A stretch of 64,000 bases of DNA from Andalucia godoyi And28 (GCA_009859145.1 VRVR01000008.1:257494-321493), one strand, 5' to 3'. Positions 40,801 through 51,600 are shown, counted from the first letter of the stretch. Notes: generated from the letters alone by a model not told the origin. Numbers and translations: made by a program.

Positions 40801-43800
40801 AAATCCGACAGCAAGAGCCGAGAATATGCAGGAGAGCCAAGCACCACGGACACCACGGCCATCTCGTCCAGTCTTAGCAATTGCTCCAAAATCTCCTGCG
40901 GATGAGACATTCGAATAGACGAAAAATCGTTGTAAGATCGATCATCCTGAAGGAACGCATGCGCCAGAGAAGACTTTCCGTAAAGACCCACGTCCTCTGA
41001 TTGGCAAGACGTCCAAAAGGAATGGGGTACATTCAGCACCACGGACAGCAGTTCCCCAAGCCACGACTTCGACGACAACCCAGCCATGTCATCGACAATC
41101 CTCAAGCAGTACGATATGGATGCCAGAATAACGCCGCAAACAGCAGGATCTTGCTGCAATCCTCCTTTTTGCAATATTTGTTGCAGTTTCGACGTCATGA
41201 CCGGAACAAAAGCAAAGAAATGCGCTTCGGAAAATCTGCCAAGCAGGCTGACAACAGACGAGACTCGACCGCAGAATGCATCCATAGATAGCAGCTCTGT
41301 AAGCGTGGCCAAGACATCTTGGCTGCACAATTCGTACCCGTTGGACAAAATATCACGTCCAATAATCTTGATAACCTGCTGCGTCAACTGCAAAAGAATA
41401 TCCAATCGAAGTCCGAAGACATCTGACATTCCTTGCGGAAGTGGCAGCACACTCCTGAAAGCTGAGCAAAGGTACCCGTCCAGCTTGCGCAAATCGCTTT
41501 CGGTAGTGTCAACCTTGCCGGATTCCAAAAGCTTGCATGTCCGTAAGAAAACGATCGATACGATCGGACTCTGCAGATCCCACGGTCGTTCCAGAATACC
41601 GCGAAGACTGTCCAGTACCTTCGACACATGAATAACATCTGCATGAGATTGCGAATGTTCAAAGAAACAGGGGTGCAAGCACATTTCGGAGACCAAAGGA
41701 GAAGGATGCGAATCTAAATACTTCACCAAGGAAGACCACAGGTTGCAAGCAGGCAATGCATTCAGCAATCCCCCTTGCGAAACGTATGCTGCAAGAAAGG
41801 AAAGGGCCAATTCCTGCAGTCCACTATCCTGTCCAGCCAATGCCGTCTCGATGACCGGGCACCACAGATCACGAATTCTGCACCAGGTTTCCCAAAGTTC
41901 CGTTCTACGACCATGCATCATCGAGAGGAACGTGTTATCAACGATGGAATCGACACCCAGAAATGAGGAAAGGCGTGAAAAAACAACTTCAGAGTCGTCA
42001 TTTAGAGCAAGTAGGAACAGAAGACCAGAAGTGTCTTTCGCAGATACGAATACAGGGCTAAGACAGTCCACAACAGAGACAATGTCATCCGATCGCAAAA
42101 CACCCTTTAAGTGGTTCAGAATCCTTTCTTTCACAGCAGTGTCCTTTATCAGATGAGAGAAGACAGAAACGGCTGCAGAGCAACGAGTGAACAGGAATGA
42201 CAGCATGACACTCAAAAACTGACTAGTCATATCGTCTTCCGTCAGCAGAAACTGAAGATGCACAGATTGGGTCTGCGATTCCATAACCGCTGATAGCGCT
42301 TCCACTACCCGAACAGCAATTCCGCGTCCATGCATACTCACCAATCCACGCGAGAGAGCTTCTGCTGCATCATGCAGACTCGGAACACCTGTTGTCGCAC
42401 AAACACGGATGACGGCAAGCACAATGTCCAAAGAAGAGTCTGCTGAAGCCTCCTCATCGACAGTTGCGATTCCAGTCATCAACATCTGCCTGTAGAATTC
42501 CACATAGGACACGCACAGTTTCAAAACGCGATGATGGTCCGGAAACTCCGTCTTCGAATGAACGTTGTACATATACGCCCAGGATAACAGTCGAATCGAC
42601 GAGCATAATGCCGGCGTCATGCAAGAGCCTCGATCACCAAGTTCCAACTCGGCCATCAAACAGGACACAGGTCTCACCAGTGACATCACCTTCTCCATGT
42701 CGTCGACATTCAACGACAGATCGTCCAGAACAGCCGCAGACCAAATTGCATTCCGAATTCGCCTCCGAGAATGCGGATTCTTGGCAGCAGACTCGAGGAA
42801 CGCAGACGCCAAAGAATAGTAATCCAAGACACGATCTTTCCAAAACGCTCGCAAAAGAGTCTTCAACTTTGAAGACGCACGGGGCGTCGCTGGAGCAGCG
42901 GACCGCGGAGTAGCAGCCAGCAGCGAACGAGGGCCCCCAGCAGACGGAGTCTTTGAACCAGAAGAAGAAGAAGAAGAAGAAGAAGTAGGGGTCGACGGAA
43001 GATTAGTTGGCTTGTCTGGGCAACAGAACTCGGTTGAAAACCCAAAGCGACATCCAATTTCCTCGTCGATAAACATACGATCCACACGAATGCCCAGTAG
43101 GGGAAAAAAGCGCGAAACGTCCACAGACGTCAGCGCTGTGACAAAATCCAAAGTCGACCAGTACTTTTGACCCAAAATAGACAGGCATTCCAAAGAGAGA
43201 GTCATGACGGACTTGATGTCAACAGAAACCAGCAACGATTCCAGGGCTCTGGGGGACCAGATCACGACGTCGTTGTTGACAATGGATTGCGAGATTTCAA
43301 GGACCATCATCGCGGAGCATAGGAGCACATCTCGATCTGCATCCAAAGCGCAGCGGTGGGACATGGCGCACAGTTGCAACGCGCTTGCCAAGCTGGCCCA
43401 GTTGCCCTTCAAGAGCACAGCAGACGACGACGACGACGATAGGGAAGCTCTCCATGTACTTGGCGTTAAGACGCTTCGCGAAAAGTACGCTGCCAACAAC
43501 CGCGCAATGCTGTTATCCGGATTGATGCGGGCGCGAGACAGCAAATTCAGAAGAGAGTCCGTGTCCCCTCCAATGTGCATGCTGACATCATCTGAAAAGT
43601 CAAGCAACATGCTCAGCAAACCAGCTGCAGCATCAGAAGTTGATTGCTTCGAGCTTGCCATGCGCTTCAGAATAGATTCCAAGACGTTGCTGGAGCACCA
43701 CGACTTCTTAACCACTGATTCCAAACCAAGTTTCTTGAAAAACGGCTGCAGCGACAGGAAGACACAAACAGAAGACACAAACAACAGGTCATCAGAAGAC

Positions 43801-46376
43801 AAGAATGTGCTGAGAAACGTGCACAGACTCTCGAGCACACCACTGGTAAGATTTTCAAAAATCTTCTCCAATCTTGTTGGGGAAAAGCACTGCAAAAGCC
43901 GACACGCCAAATCATGCAGTTTGGATAATGACGTGGAAGCTGCTTTCTGAGTCTCGGCAGGCAAAGAAGACAGACTAGAAGACGAGAACCTCGAGACTTG
44001 CGTGAGAGTTACCACAAGGATTGTTTCAATCCCGAAATCGGTTCCCATGCTCGCGAGAATATCCCTCAGAAAAGAAGAAAGAGAAGAAGAAGACGCTGGT
44101 GATGGCGCTGGTGACGGTGAAGAAGAAGATGACGGCGAGGATGGAGAAGAAAAAGATGAAGAGGAAGACTGCGGAAACACCGACGACAAAAGAAAATCGA
44201 AACACAAATCGGCAGTGGAACTCCCAATCGAGAGACCATGAAAGCCATTGTCTTCAGCAGAAACTGTGGTGGAGAATTCCAGATGAGACAGCAAACGGCA
44301 AATGGCCCTCGATCCGAGCCAGGAGGACAAGCGACGAAGCCAAAAGCGGGACCAGTCACTGCCCATAGTCGAAATGCCAAAGCATCGCAATGCAGCCACA
44401 GCACTGCAAACCTGCAAATGATCGTGAGCCGTGGCCAGAATGTGTAGCAACACATCAGCATACTGCGAAAAGACCAGCGGCACATTCCATTCCGCACGCA
44501 GCGCCATGGACGAGAGCGTTCGAAATGGCTGAACAGTCAACTCTGGAAATGGAGGGCAAGTTTTGAAGGTGATCTTCTTCACTGCAGTCAGAAGAGTTGA
44601 GAAAGAACTGGAAAGCGACTTCAGCGGAGGAACAACAGAGTGCAAATTCGCCAACGACCGCTCGCCCTCATCAACATCCAGTTCATCGATAGCAACCAGA
44701 TTCGGAAAGTGCGTAGCAAACAGGGTAAATCGGTATTCAAACAAAAACAACCACATATGATTCTGAGACTGCTTCCAGAATGGGTTTCCATACATGGAAA
44801 GCCGGCGTATCTTGCTTGCAATTGGTTGCAAAGCCCGAGATACCTGCGATGACGACGTCAACTTGTTGCCGGAAATGTCCAGCACTGACAATACTGAGTC
44901 TCGGGGGCATAAACCTGTGACTTTGGCAATTTCATTGCAACGCACTGACAATGTCTGCAAATGAGGCAACGACACCAGCAGTTCCCCAAAGTCGAGGCTT
45001 TTCAATTTGCAACCATCCAACTTCAACGATCGCAGCAAACTCAAAGAGTACAAACCAGAGCTCTCCAGTTCGGAGATGGAGGTCAACGACAAATCCAACT
45101 CTTGAGCATCTGCTTCGATTGCCGTTCCTTTCTTCCGTATTTGCATCAAGTTCTTTGATTTGTCACGACTGACCATATTCATTGCTTCCGGTACATCTTT
45201 GTATGCCTTGCTTCGTTCTGCAATTTTTTCCGTCAGCGGCGCAGGCTGCACCCCCAGAACGGCAGCGAGGTCGTCTGCTCGTTTTTCCGTGACGTTTTCG
45301 TAGTCATCCACGGCAATAGCCCCAAGAATGGAAGACATTCCGTCAAGCAATGAAACGTCTTCAAGAACCATGGACAGCAGTTTCGCCAGACTTTTGTACC
45401 GCAATTCGCGCGCCTGTGTTTGCACTCTGCTGGACGAGACAACCCCTCGAGCATGGAGGTCCAACAGCACGCAGCAATCGTCAACCGCCATCCAGTATAA
45501 TCCGTACTCGAACAGAGACTGGGCTCTGTTCAACAGCAAGGCACAATCCTTCTCTGTCAACGACAAAAGCGTGGGCTCGCCGTGGAGCTGCAAATTCGAA
45601 CGAGACAACACGGATTCTGGGCCTGCGGCATCCCCAGCATGCACATCCACTTCTTTTCCTACCAAATCCAGCATCAGACTCAGTTGACACACATCAAACA
45701 GGGACGCTGAGTTCCGCATCACATCAACTTCATTTCCGATCAGGCCGTTCTCACACAGCGCAACACAACACATCAAATTATGATACACCTTCTTGGCTTC
45801 CGATTCGGCGTCTGCGACAAACTGCACAAGAGTATTTGTTTTCTTCGACAATATCCTGATTACGGACTTGTCAACCTGGGTATCGATTTCCGAGTAGGCA
45901 AGCAGCACCGGTTTCCCCTTGTTATCCAGATCTCGGATTTCCAGACCGCCGTATGTCAACACCAGGCGTTTCTTCTTTGACTTACCCTTACCCTTGTCTT
46001 TCTCAACAGAATACTCGGGAAAGGGAGACGACGCCGTTCCGGAATTGGAGAACAGCCTCAAGTCTGAAAAAACCAGCACCTCAGTCATCGAAGCCTTTGC
46101 CTCTTTTCCCTGTTCCGTAACATCGTCTTGATGCCGAGCGACGTAATGCGCTGCCAAGTCTCGAACAATTGACAGGACATCATCGTCCACACGCAGCTTG
46201 ACGACCGCAGCGCCTTCCGATTTGCGTGCTTGAGCGTAATCCATCAGCTGCTTCTTATTCGTCGACTCTGCAAATTCCACGCGTTCATTCTGAGCAACGC
46301 TGCTCAAATATTCAAGGACTCGCAAAGGAACATCTGCCGTCCGAATCACAGAAGATCGAGACCCTCCGTTGCCCAT
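34857..46376 (-). CDS. Giant intronless hypothetical protein (3839 aa): PH-like, TPR-like, LRR with LRR cap, long ARM/HEAT solenoid, disordered tail
   Basis: 11.5-kb open frame. First ATG gives MGNGGS. LRRs ELDLSLTSISEL, LKLDGCKLKSL, LSVRCNEIAKV, LDISGNKL, LSMYGNPF...YRFTLFATHFPNLVAIDE. TPR-like LLLNRAQSLFEYGLYWMAVDDCCVLLDL. The remainder is Leu/Ser/Val-rich and helical. Confidence 0.9.
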   Translation of the reverse strand: MGNGGSRSSVIRTADVPLRVLEYLSSVAQNERVEFAESTNKKQLMDYAQARKSEGAAVVKLRVDDDVLSIVRDLAAHYVARHQDDVTEQGKEAKASMTEVLVFSDLRLFSNSGTASSPFPEYSVEKDKGKGKSKKKRLVLTYGGLEIRDLDNKGKPVLLAYSEIDTQVDKSVIRILSKKTNTLVQFVADAESEAKKVYHNLMCCVALCENGLIGNEVDVMRNSASLFDVCQLSLMLDLVGKEVDVHAGDAAGPESVLSRSNLQLHGEPTLLSLTEKDCALLLNRAQSLFEYGLYWMAVDDCCVLLDLHARGVVSSSRVQTQARELRYKSLAKLLSMVLEDVSLLDGMSSILGAIAVDDYENVTEKRADDLAAVLGVQPAPLTEKIAERSKAYKDVPEAMNMVSRDKSKNLMQIRKKGTAIEADAQELDLSLTSISELESSGLYSLSLLRSLKLDGCKLKSLDFGELLVSLPHLQTLSVRCNEIAKVTGLCPRDSVLSVLDISGNKLTSSSQVSRALQPIASKIRRLSMYGNPFWKQSQNHMWLFLFEYRFTLFATHFPNLVAIDELDVDEGERSLANLHSVVPPLKSLSSSFSTLLTAVKKITFKTCPPFPELTVQPFRTLSSMALRAEWNVPLVFSQYADVLLHILATAHDHLQVCSAVAALRCFGISTMGSDWSRFWLRRLSSWLGSRAICRLLSHLEFSTTVSAEDNGFHGLSIGSSTADLCFDFLLSSVFPQSSSSSFSSPSSPSSSSSPSPAPSPASSSSLSSFLRDILASMGTDFGIETILVVTLTQVSRFSSSSLSSLPAETQKAASTSLSKLHDLACRLLQCFSPTRLEKIFENLTSGVLESLCTFLSTFLSSDDLLFVSSVCVFLSLQPFFKKLGLESVVKKSWCSSNVLESILKRMASSKQSTSDAAAGLLSMLLDFSDDVSMHIGGDTDSLLNLLSRARINPDNSIARLLAAYFSRSVLTPSTWRASLSSSSSSAVLLKGNWASLASALQLCAMSHRCALDADRDVLLCSAMMVLEISQSIVNNDVVIWSPRALESLLVSVDIKSVMTLSLECLSILGQKYWSTLDFVTALTSVDVSRFFPLLGIRVDRMFIDEEIGCRFGFSTEFCCPDKPTNLPSTPTSSSSSSSSGSKTPSAGGPRSLLAATPRSAAPATPRASSKLKTLLRAFWKDRVLDYYSLASAFLESAAKNPHSRRRIRNAIWSAAVLDDLSLNVDDMEKVMSLVRPVSCLMAELELGDRGSCMTPALCSSIRLLSWAYMYNVHSKTEFPDHHRVLKLCVSYVEFYRQMLMTGIATVDEEASADSSLDIVLAVIRVCATTGVPSLHDAAEALSRGLVSMHGRGIAVRVVEALSAVMESQTQSVHLQFLLTEDDMTSQFLSVMLSFLFTRCSAAVSVFSHLIKDTAVKERILNHLKGVLRSDDIVSVVDCLSPVFVSAKDTSGLLFLLALNDDSEVVFSRLSSFLGVDSIVDNTFLSMMHGRRTELWETWCRIRDLWCPVIETALAGQDSGLQELALSFLAAYVSQGGLLNALPACNLWSSLVKYLDSHPSPLVSEMCLHPCFFEHSQSHADVIHVSKVLDSLRGILERPWDLQSPIVSIVFLRTCKLLESGKVDTTESDLRKLDGYLCSAFRSVLPLPQGMSDVFGLRLDILLQLTQQVIKIIGRDILSNGYELCSQDVLATLTELLSMDAFCGRVSSVVSLLGRFSEAHFFAFVPVMTSKLQQILQKGGLQQDPAVCGVILASISYCLRIVDDMAGLSSKSWLGELLSVVLNVPHSFWTSCQSEDVGLYGKSSLAHAFLQDDRSYNDFSSIRMSHPQEILEQLLRLDEMAVVSVVLGSPAYSRLLLSDFSKNTFSRAFFSKIFGCPEGARDLASRIVKAVSNFCTDSDFSSDARCETVISLSRALSWLWSYWSRSEAEPSEIRPGVVDPIVGATKYLVLQILKVDTSSGQFALDISATCFRQVMCIVLDLCLMLLSGQSHLHTRYAPLLEFSAQTFRDASRGLLLCGPDLVLCGYVEKLFSLPFFSSADLRAMTPGFNPSLLYDAAFVCAAKNASSFEFVVLWTSLMRLFASFDDAELMFKDHGRVFGLLSVLLKDPSFTSMVSDVLPFACRVSHLRSHHHALCSSLSWNDCLELLRCRLADADALVLCRLSLQQIPFTSEEILLTIRCPELLQSVTSLAFHVACSAPKLWQVSDSHLGKVVDHFCQMLIRGVHASCRTPWFTLRSNLGFEAGLCASDAELFATAFEVSADPGTLYLLLQKMMSADPLFISYFISYGGDARFFSSLSSLPDSGSMLIATIGPCILNILQLLLPKLNKEEFAYNLNDALVRKILSVIDVVSAAEGRELLVSMLTSVAPASLMSQTRAFLFRNCLRFVMELIDPLNRFFSCITSSAREGSPKRGGRDSLDLSPSNPRDSLLSRNFMIDMVSDEASVLREIQSVVMTNLLVPGYAQLDLALGLLSSSTKFLALSEDPSLDIQEFIDVTESAWRSHQGKPGGVASDDIKVEVRLSLSQEDIRVSVVAVNIPVAVQFSSFLQFYLVLCRLAPDVVLPFLLSSEVLEALPFSQQLEVVMSLDSVLTSSAEHVALAIARFGIGKVISLLHSADDSSHLSKSFSMTVVSVAEKVFSNASVSFSSLSSDDVSRVFEFCLTLLSSTSMNLSAPERSLVLRTSTCVVNAVRSSDSVGFARDTLYRLCEMFLSSMIVDMWTLFSSSIAIDMLELVSQSLAFVHENGRKCVLPAPLLKSDHETALWEAICSGSGAGAGSASVVLSPSSSVLNKQDVLLMSVEIASQLLTYRLSDHSVVVRCCQSGKFSQAIVCSESVPTLVPVLQSCFSSLENAEREVFINQVVVPSGLGAKLISMIRSSATASSLRDIFSMMDHIFRDSRRSIIVSEQDILRALANTTVLLPSSADSIVIDESLRFTQICLDNVRIGLAAVFPVGPVFGSAVTSEESSVPVSTFCSTVLPSLISFFFAPDRSVGLRTRAVALIVRIIRRSTVLKDCFQRIASSTGEQDLIEVFETFARTSDISMLEFLVVVFCLPAHTRSLSKYRLSGFTDELLKFASTSSDRKRTLALLHVWCQHVGVMLAEEDLIKIMDSLAGLLVDSHLSEVWTSVLELIVSICSVDQMRSSSTLFDSSLSMSLLSAASDALVGNIQLTSRIVSLVAKGRPTRSAGFAQLCRRLLDNSRLVLDSGKELVHAEALFRILIDVCESLVTNKDYEHMCAATVTLFLDWIEMNPDVCSGSAFAIFPAVVAFVSRFVRAGHSELLRGHPLRNFLTGVQQAASNHASAAYTMCALMALVQAQLSPDTKSLLSILGEHIARQSFDPWMMPTVLKYLEQHAGAYLAGGLPTSPVGQLERSQVSRLSDLMNLLQVLDLDAESFACVGKLLVVADIDDIIHVLSRHECFIPLFFKIAHDFPVLVLRLSQAFVSAVIPVEVPDGLADSLWDASYVASRPLPELFFSSMCWTGLEQSIATVQSWSRTTLDAVEQFFVDALILVLYSVCPHVALRGACTPPIPIGCASLAIDVLLLEPGIVASYWIMHFDGLPELSRIRKIVFKELLMSSVLELLQSFVHKDGPDHLSFARFEPRYSSIVERILLSVSPDRRSSVLSVDESDADASDLAVSLRFLRLFSALCETFAAFRVAAIQASALDIFAGILSLECSPALHAAVFDSAVIICVGNASSSSFVLGSLLSYHKKLTERTSRPSVQPPTSRRGSAERQSLGMLEMPCELPAPQPQQQPSQMSRENRSRRPTDSLEQAADAESSSPPTSGSEDVFSPNVSASQSVDDLQSAPPSRKSPVIPRIPFIRILPASSASDDQLNSP

Positions 46377-46970
46377 TGTCGAATTGCTTGAAAAAATCAC
46401 ACGATCAGAAAACTCTCCTTACCCAATCTTACAAACACCCCTCCACGTCACGAAACAGCGACAACAAAAATGTGAAATTTAACAGAAGAATAGAGCTGAG
46501 GAAGAGAAGATAACAAACAAATAAATAAAATGATGAGGAATGATAAAGGGAAAAATAAACAGCAACACAACAAAAACATCAAAACAGCCAAAACAGGAAG
46601 AAAAAGGTGAAAATTCATCATCAATAAAAAATACAAACACAAAAGCCAATGATTAGTAATAATGCGGAAGCCCGACAAGTCGGGAAACCCGGGAAAGCCT
46701 CTCTGATCGCTCTGCACGAATCAGCAAGGAAAAAGGAGCCTTCCAGCATCACTTGATTGTGCGGGAATTTTTTTGTCGCTCCTCTTTCCCCGCTCCTTTC
46801 ATTTCCCCCGCATCCCGCAGTGCTTTTATCCCGACAGAAAAAACGAAAAGCACTTTTCGATTCAGCAACAGCATTGAGGGAGCAGCCGGATCCCGATTCT
46901 CTTCAATTTTAATATTTAAAATTTATTTTAAAAAAGAGAGCGTCCAGCCGACAACATTTTGCTTTTGCAC

Positions 46971-48299
46971 ATGAGCTCAGTTGCTCTGCTTGAAGAGCAG
47001 TATCTGCTGGAGCGTGAAGAGATCCGGTGCCGCATTCATTCGCAGTTCCATTCTGAAATCTTACCCGTGGGCGAAAGATGCCAAAACACGCTTGTGCAGC
47101 AGATGACGGGTGAGCTGCAAGCTCTGGCATCCGAGTACAGCCAAAAGATTGTTGTGTCCCCGGAGCTGCAAACGGAAATCGACAGTGCGATAGCTGTTGG
47201 TAACGTAGGTTTGCTTCGGACTGCATTCTGTAATTGTGAAGTGCTTCTTGGCAAACACCATGTGAAGACCCTGGATGTGCTGTCTGGGCTGATTGACGCC
47301 TATGCGGATGACAAGGAACACCAAAAAGTTTTACAGCTTCAGAATGACTTAAGAAATCGGCGGGTTCGCTTGCTGGGAGAGCACCATCCATTGACCGTTC
47401 GATCGCTCTTTGATATTTCTGTGGCGCGTGAAAATGCATGCGACATCGAGGGGTCACTCGATTTCGCGAAGCAGTTCGTGGATCTTTCGAAGCCTCGGTC
47501 TGGATTGCAGAACGAAGCGCATACATTTCGGGGCTTTGCGAGGATGATTCGACTGGCGTTCGAGCTTTTTCTGGAAGAAGAAGCACTGGAGCATGTGGAT
47601 GATTTGCAGCGGTATGCAGAAGAAAGAAGGTCGTCCTTGGAGGCGATGGCAGAGTATCGAGCGGCCTTACGTGAGGCTGCCATTGTTTTGGAAAAGACGA
47701 CCCAAGATGATGATCCAGCTGCATTGCAGTCCATAGAAGACATCTATCGACGACTAGTATCTGCAGAAGAATGTCAGGATACCATTGTGAGCGACGACTG
47801 TGCGTTGGCACACGCGGATTTGGGAATATTCATTTTCCAACAGCCTGGTCGATGGCGGGAGGCGTTGCCGTTCTTGGAGAAGAGTGTTTCGTTGTATTCG
47901 GCGATCGGATTGTATGGTCAACAGGAAGTTGATCCGTCCGCCATGAGCGCGCTGTTTCATCTGTGGAACTGTCTCATTGCCCTGCATTCATGGGAGAGCG
48001 CAGTGATTCATCTTCGAACCTTCATTCAATTGCTACAGAATGAGAATGCGAGGAAAATGCAATCGCATAGCAGCATTGCGGAAGGCGAAGACGAAGACGA
48101 CGTGGACCTTGACTTGGACTTGGAGAATGCAAGAATATGCCTGGCGGATTCATTGCGCTCTCTGGGATACCAAACCGAGGCCCGCCAATTGTACACCGGA
48201 GTCCTTGATTCTCTCCAGCGCAGCCCTGTTTCCGATGAAAACCTCGTTGACCTGCTGAATCGTGTCCGCAGCGCTTGCGATGCACTCCAACAATGCTAA
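46971..48299 (+). CDS. TPR-repeat protein (kinesin light chain/NPHP3-like long TPRs)
   Basis: Repeats LLGKHHVKTLDVLSGL, LLGEHHPLTVRSLFDIS, CALAHADLGIF...EALPFLEKSV, and ARICLADSLRSLGYQTEARQLY. Confidence 0.8.
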   Translation: MSSVALLEEQYLLEREEIRCRIHSQFHSEILPVGERCQNTLVQQMTGELQALASEYSQKIVVSPELQTEIDSAIAVGNVGLLRTAFCNCEVLLGKHHVKTLDVLSGLIDAYADDKEHQKVLQLQNDLRNRRVRLLGEHHPLTVRSLFDISVARENACDIEGSLDFAKQFVDLSKPRSGLQNEAHTFRGFARMIRLAFELFLEEEALEHVDDLQRYAEERRSSLEAMAEYRAALREAAIVLEKTTQDDDPAALQSIEDIYRRLVSAEECQDTIVSDDCALAHADLGIFIFQQPGRWREALPFLEKSVSLYSAIGLYGQQEVDPSAMSALFHLWNCLIALHSWESAVIHLRTFIQLLQNENARKMQSHSSIAEGEDEDDVDLDLDLENARICLADSLRSLGYQTEARQLYTGVLDSLQRSPVSDENLVDLLNRVRSACDALQQC

Positions 48300-48680
48300 T
48301 TGGCTCTAGTTGGTGCTTCCCCTCCTCCTCCCCCTCCTAGCATCACTTGAGTGCACGCAGATCTACTTGGCAGAGCGTCTCCCTCTCTGCTGTCCAAACG
48401 ACCCTTTGGCGCCGCCTTGTCGGAAATTGCCATTTTGATTTGCGTGCTTTCCTTCTTCTTCTCTTCCTTGGTTGGTTTTTCATTTCTTTCAATTTCATTG
48501 AGAGATAGATAAACTATTATCATTGTTATTCGGGTTCTCTCCCATCTGATGAAGCACTGTTCGTCACGTACAGTATTATAGTTCCTGGCCATTTTAACAT
48601 TCAATAGTGTTTCCTCCCTCCTTCTGCTTTGTCTTCTTGTTTCCACGGTAAACCTGTTGTCCTTGTTGTAAATAGTCATA

Positions 48681-51600
48681 ATGGACGCAGAGACTCTGAT
48701 CCAAGCTCTTCACGATCCATCTTCGTTTGTCCGAACCGAAGCGCTTCAGCAACTGCGTGATACGCGGTCATTCAGCCCGAATTTTCTGAATGAACGGCTC
48801 GTTCGTGCGGTGTTTTCCTGTGTTTCAGATACTCAATGGACCGTGTCTCTTGCCTCGCTTCAGGCACTCCTGACGTTTGTGAATGTGGAGTCGTCGTCGA
48901 TCAGATCCACTCTGGAAGAAGATTTTATCTTTGAAGTCCTCAAGTCATTTTGCCAGTCTCGAACATCCGTTCGAAAAACAGGAGCAGATCTGTTGCTCTC
49001 GTGGGCTCGGATCCGGCAGGAACGGTGGAGGTTGTTGTTGCAAAACACCCTGAACGTTCTTGGAGATGACCAAATCGACTTTAGGATACGGTCCGAATGC
49101 TGCAATTTTGTGGCGCAGATTATGGATCAGATTCCAAAGAGCGAGAACTTCATGGACATCCGCGCGTCCGCGTTGGCAACACTAAAGGCTGCTTCCAAGG
49201 ACATGCACCCTGCGATCGCCGATGCTGCGTCAGCTGCGCTTTCGTTGATTGGCCTATCGTCTTCTCCACTTGCCATTTCTCACTCTCAGTCTCAGTTTCA
49301 GTCTCAGTCTCAATCTCAATCTCAATCCAACAGTACCAAGATACACGAGTTTGCGGGAGAAGATCAGGCACTTCCGGGTCGAAGAAGAGTCGAACGCAGT
49401 CCGGAGCTGCAGAATGTTATCAACGACTTGCAGAATTCGGACCAAACATCATGGAAATGCCGCTCGTCTCTCATCGACAAATTATATTACATGTTATCTG
49501 GCACCATGCCCGAAGATGGATCGTCCCTACCGTCTCCAACTATGGGATTGGATAGTGTCATGGTAGGGGACGTGCATCAGCTCGTTTCTGCCCTGGCTCC
49601 GCTCGTTCATGATGCAAACTTCAAGATTTCGTTGACAACAATGCACATCATGGGGGTCATTGCATCAAAGTATACAGCCCAGGATGATAATTCGCTTTTG
49701 GGGCAGCTCATCGATATACTTGCAGAGAAATGGAGCGACAACAAGGTCGTTGTGAGGCATACCGTCTCGCGGACTATCTCCAGAATTGCATCCTCTGGTT
49801 CGTTTCCGATTTCAAATGTCATCACGCTCTTGCTGAAACGATCCGTTTCTGACCCCTTGCAGTCTCCCGATAGGTCACTCGCATCTTGGAGAATCAGAGA
49901 AGAGTCTCTAAATATGGTTATTTGGTGTTTATTGTCCGTGAAGCCGCTGACCGTTGATTTTGGGACAATTGCACTTGCTTTTGTTCAGGCACTTCGGGAT
50001 GCCCGGCCGAAGGTCAAGTTTGTCGCTCTTGAGGGTCTTGCAGTTCTGCACTGGATTCGAAAGGATGCCGTCGACGCTGTTCTCAGCACAATGCACGGTG
50101 AGGAGTTTGAGCTGGTTTCCGAGAGGCTGCAGCATCAAGACATTCCGCTGGTAACGCCAGACGGAAATGTTGAGCATAAACTACTCGCGAACAATGCCGG
50201 ACCCGCGAGACCCGATTCTGTTGCGGATGATGCTCGTAATCGATCGCGAGTACAATCTGCTGCTGGAAGCACCTCTCGGCTTCCTGCCGCCGTTCGATCG
50301 TTTCCGTGGGAAAACATGCCGTCGACGACATCCAATAGGATCCGCTCCGTCAAAGTGTCAGACAGTTTACCTGACCAACCCCAGTTGGAGGAGAAACAGC
50401 GATTTCATGCCTTTGTTCCAGTTTCTCCTCTCGGAAGCTCTGATTTCCCGTCCCCAAAGTCACTCTCCCCGTCGAGATCACCGATGTCTCTGTCGTCTTC
50501 GCAGTCGTCGAAAATCTCGTTGTGGCTCCCTGGTGGTTCGGTGGAAATTGTCGACTCGACGTCCAACGGACAACTGTTTAGTGATACTGGATCGCTGCAC
50601 GCCCAACATGAAGAGGATTTATTTTATGGCAGAAGGCGTGGTGGTGGAGCATCGAGCGCTACCCGTCGGCTTGCTGTGGATGATGCAGCGAATGATCGAT
50701 TGTCTCCCTACGATGTTGTTGAGATGCGTGCTTCGCAAGAAGACCTCGAGGATGTGTCCGTACTGCCCCGCAATTCAGACCCCGCTGTTGGAGATAGATT
50801 GAAACTCTTGAAACAGAAGCGCCGCCGCTATGGATCCACGACTCCTGGGCTGTATGATGCAACAGAAACAGCAGCGGAGAGTAGAGGGTCCGTCTCGCCG
50901 TCGTTTGACCGAGGGCGAGCTGGATACTCGGATCTGTCGGATTTCTCAGAGAGAAAAAAGGAAAGCGACATTTTGTTTCCATCGATTGCCCGTGACAGAG
51001 ATTCAGCTGGAAGAGATCCCACGGTGGTCGTTGAACCTCCTTCGACCGCTGCCACGCCGTCGGCGGCGTCAAGGCGGCGTCCGCGTCCAGGGTCCATGCC
51101 TTCTCTTGGAGATGGCCGCGATTCTGTTGTTTCGGAAGACCTGCAGCAAGAAGCGATAACCACAACCCCTGCACGATCCTTTCGGGCTGCCACTGCAGCA
51201 TCATCTTCAATTGCTGCGTCTTCCTCTTCCGGGACTGCGGTGGCATCTGTGGTATCCTCCGTTTCTCCAAACCGCAGAACTGCGGTGGAAACTGCGGCTC
51301 GGCCCATGGAAGAAATCACTACTGGGGACTTGCTGCCGATTTCTGGAAACGTCGTGACGGAATTCAACAAAGCCCTGGAACTCCTGAAGAGCGCTCTTTG
51401 GTCAGACATTTACCGTGCTACAAATGTTGTTCGTCAGGCTGTTGTTCACCATCACGATAATGACTCGTTGTTTGCTGTTAGCAAACTGCATCCGCTTGTT
51501 CTCACTCTTCTGAGTAACGTGGACAATTTACGGTCTTCGATTTCGAAGAATTCGATTGTCTGCATCGGGGAGATGTTCCGTTTTCTTTCCAGGGGATCGA

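Noticed and set aside
48636-48656. RFX X-box-like palindrome GTTTCCACGGTAAAC upstream of crescerin
   Set aside because: The second half-site deviates from RGYAAC, it is a single occurrence, and RFX control of ciliary genes is established mainly in animals.
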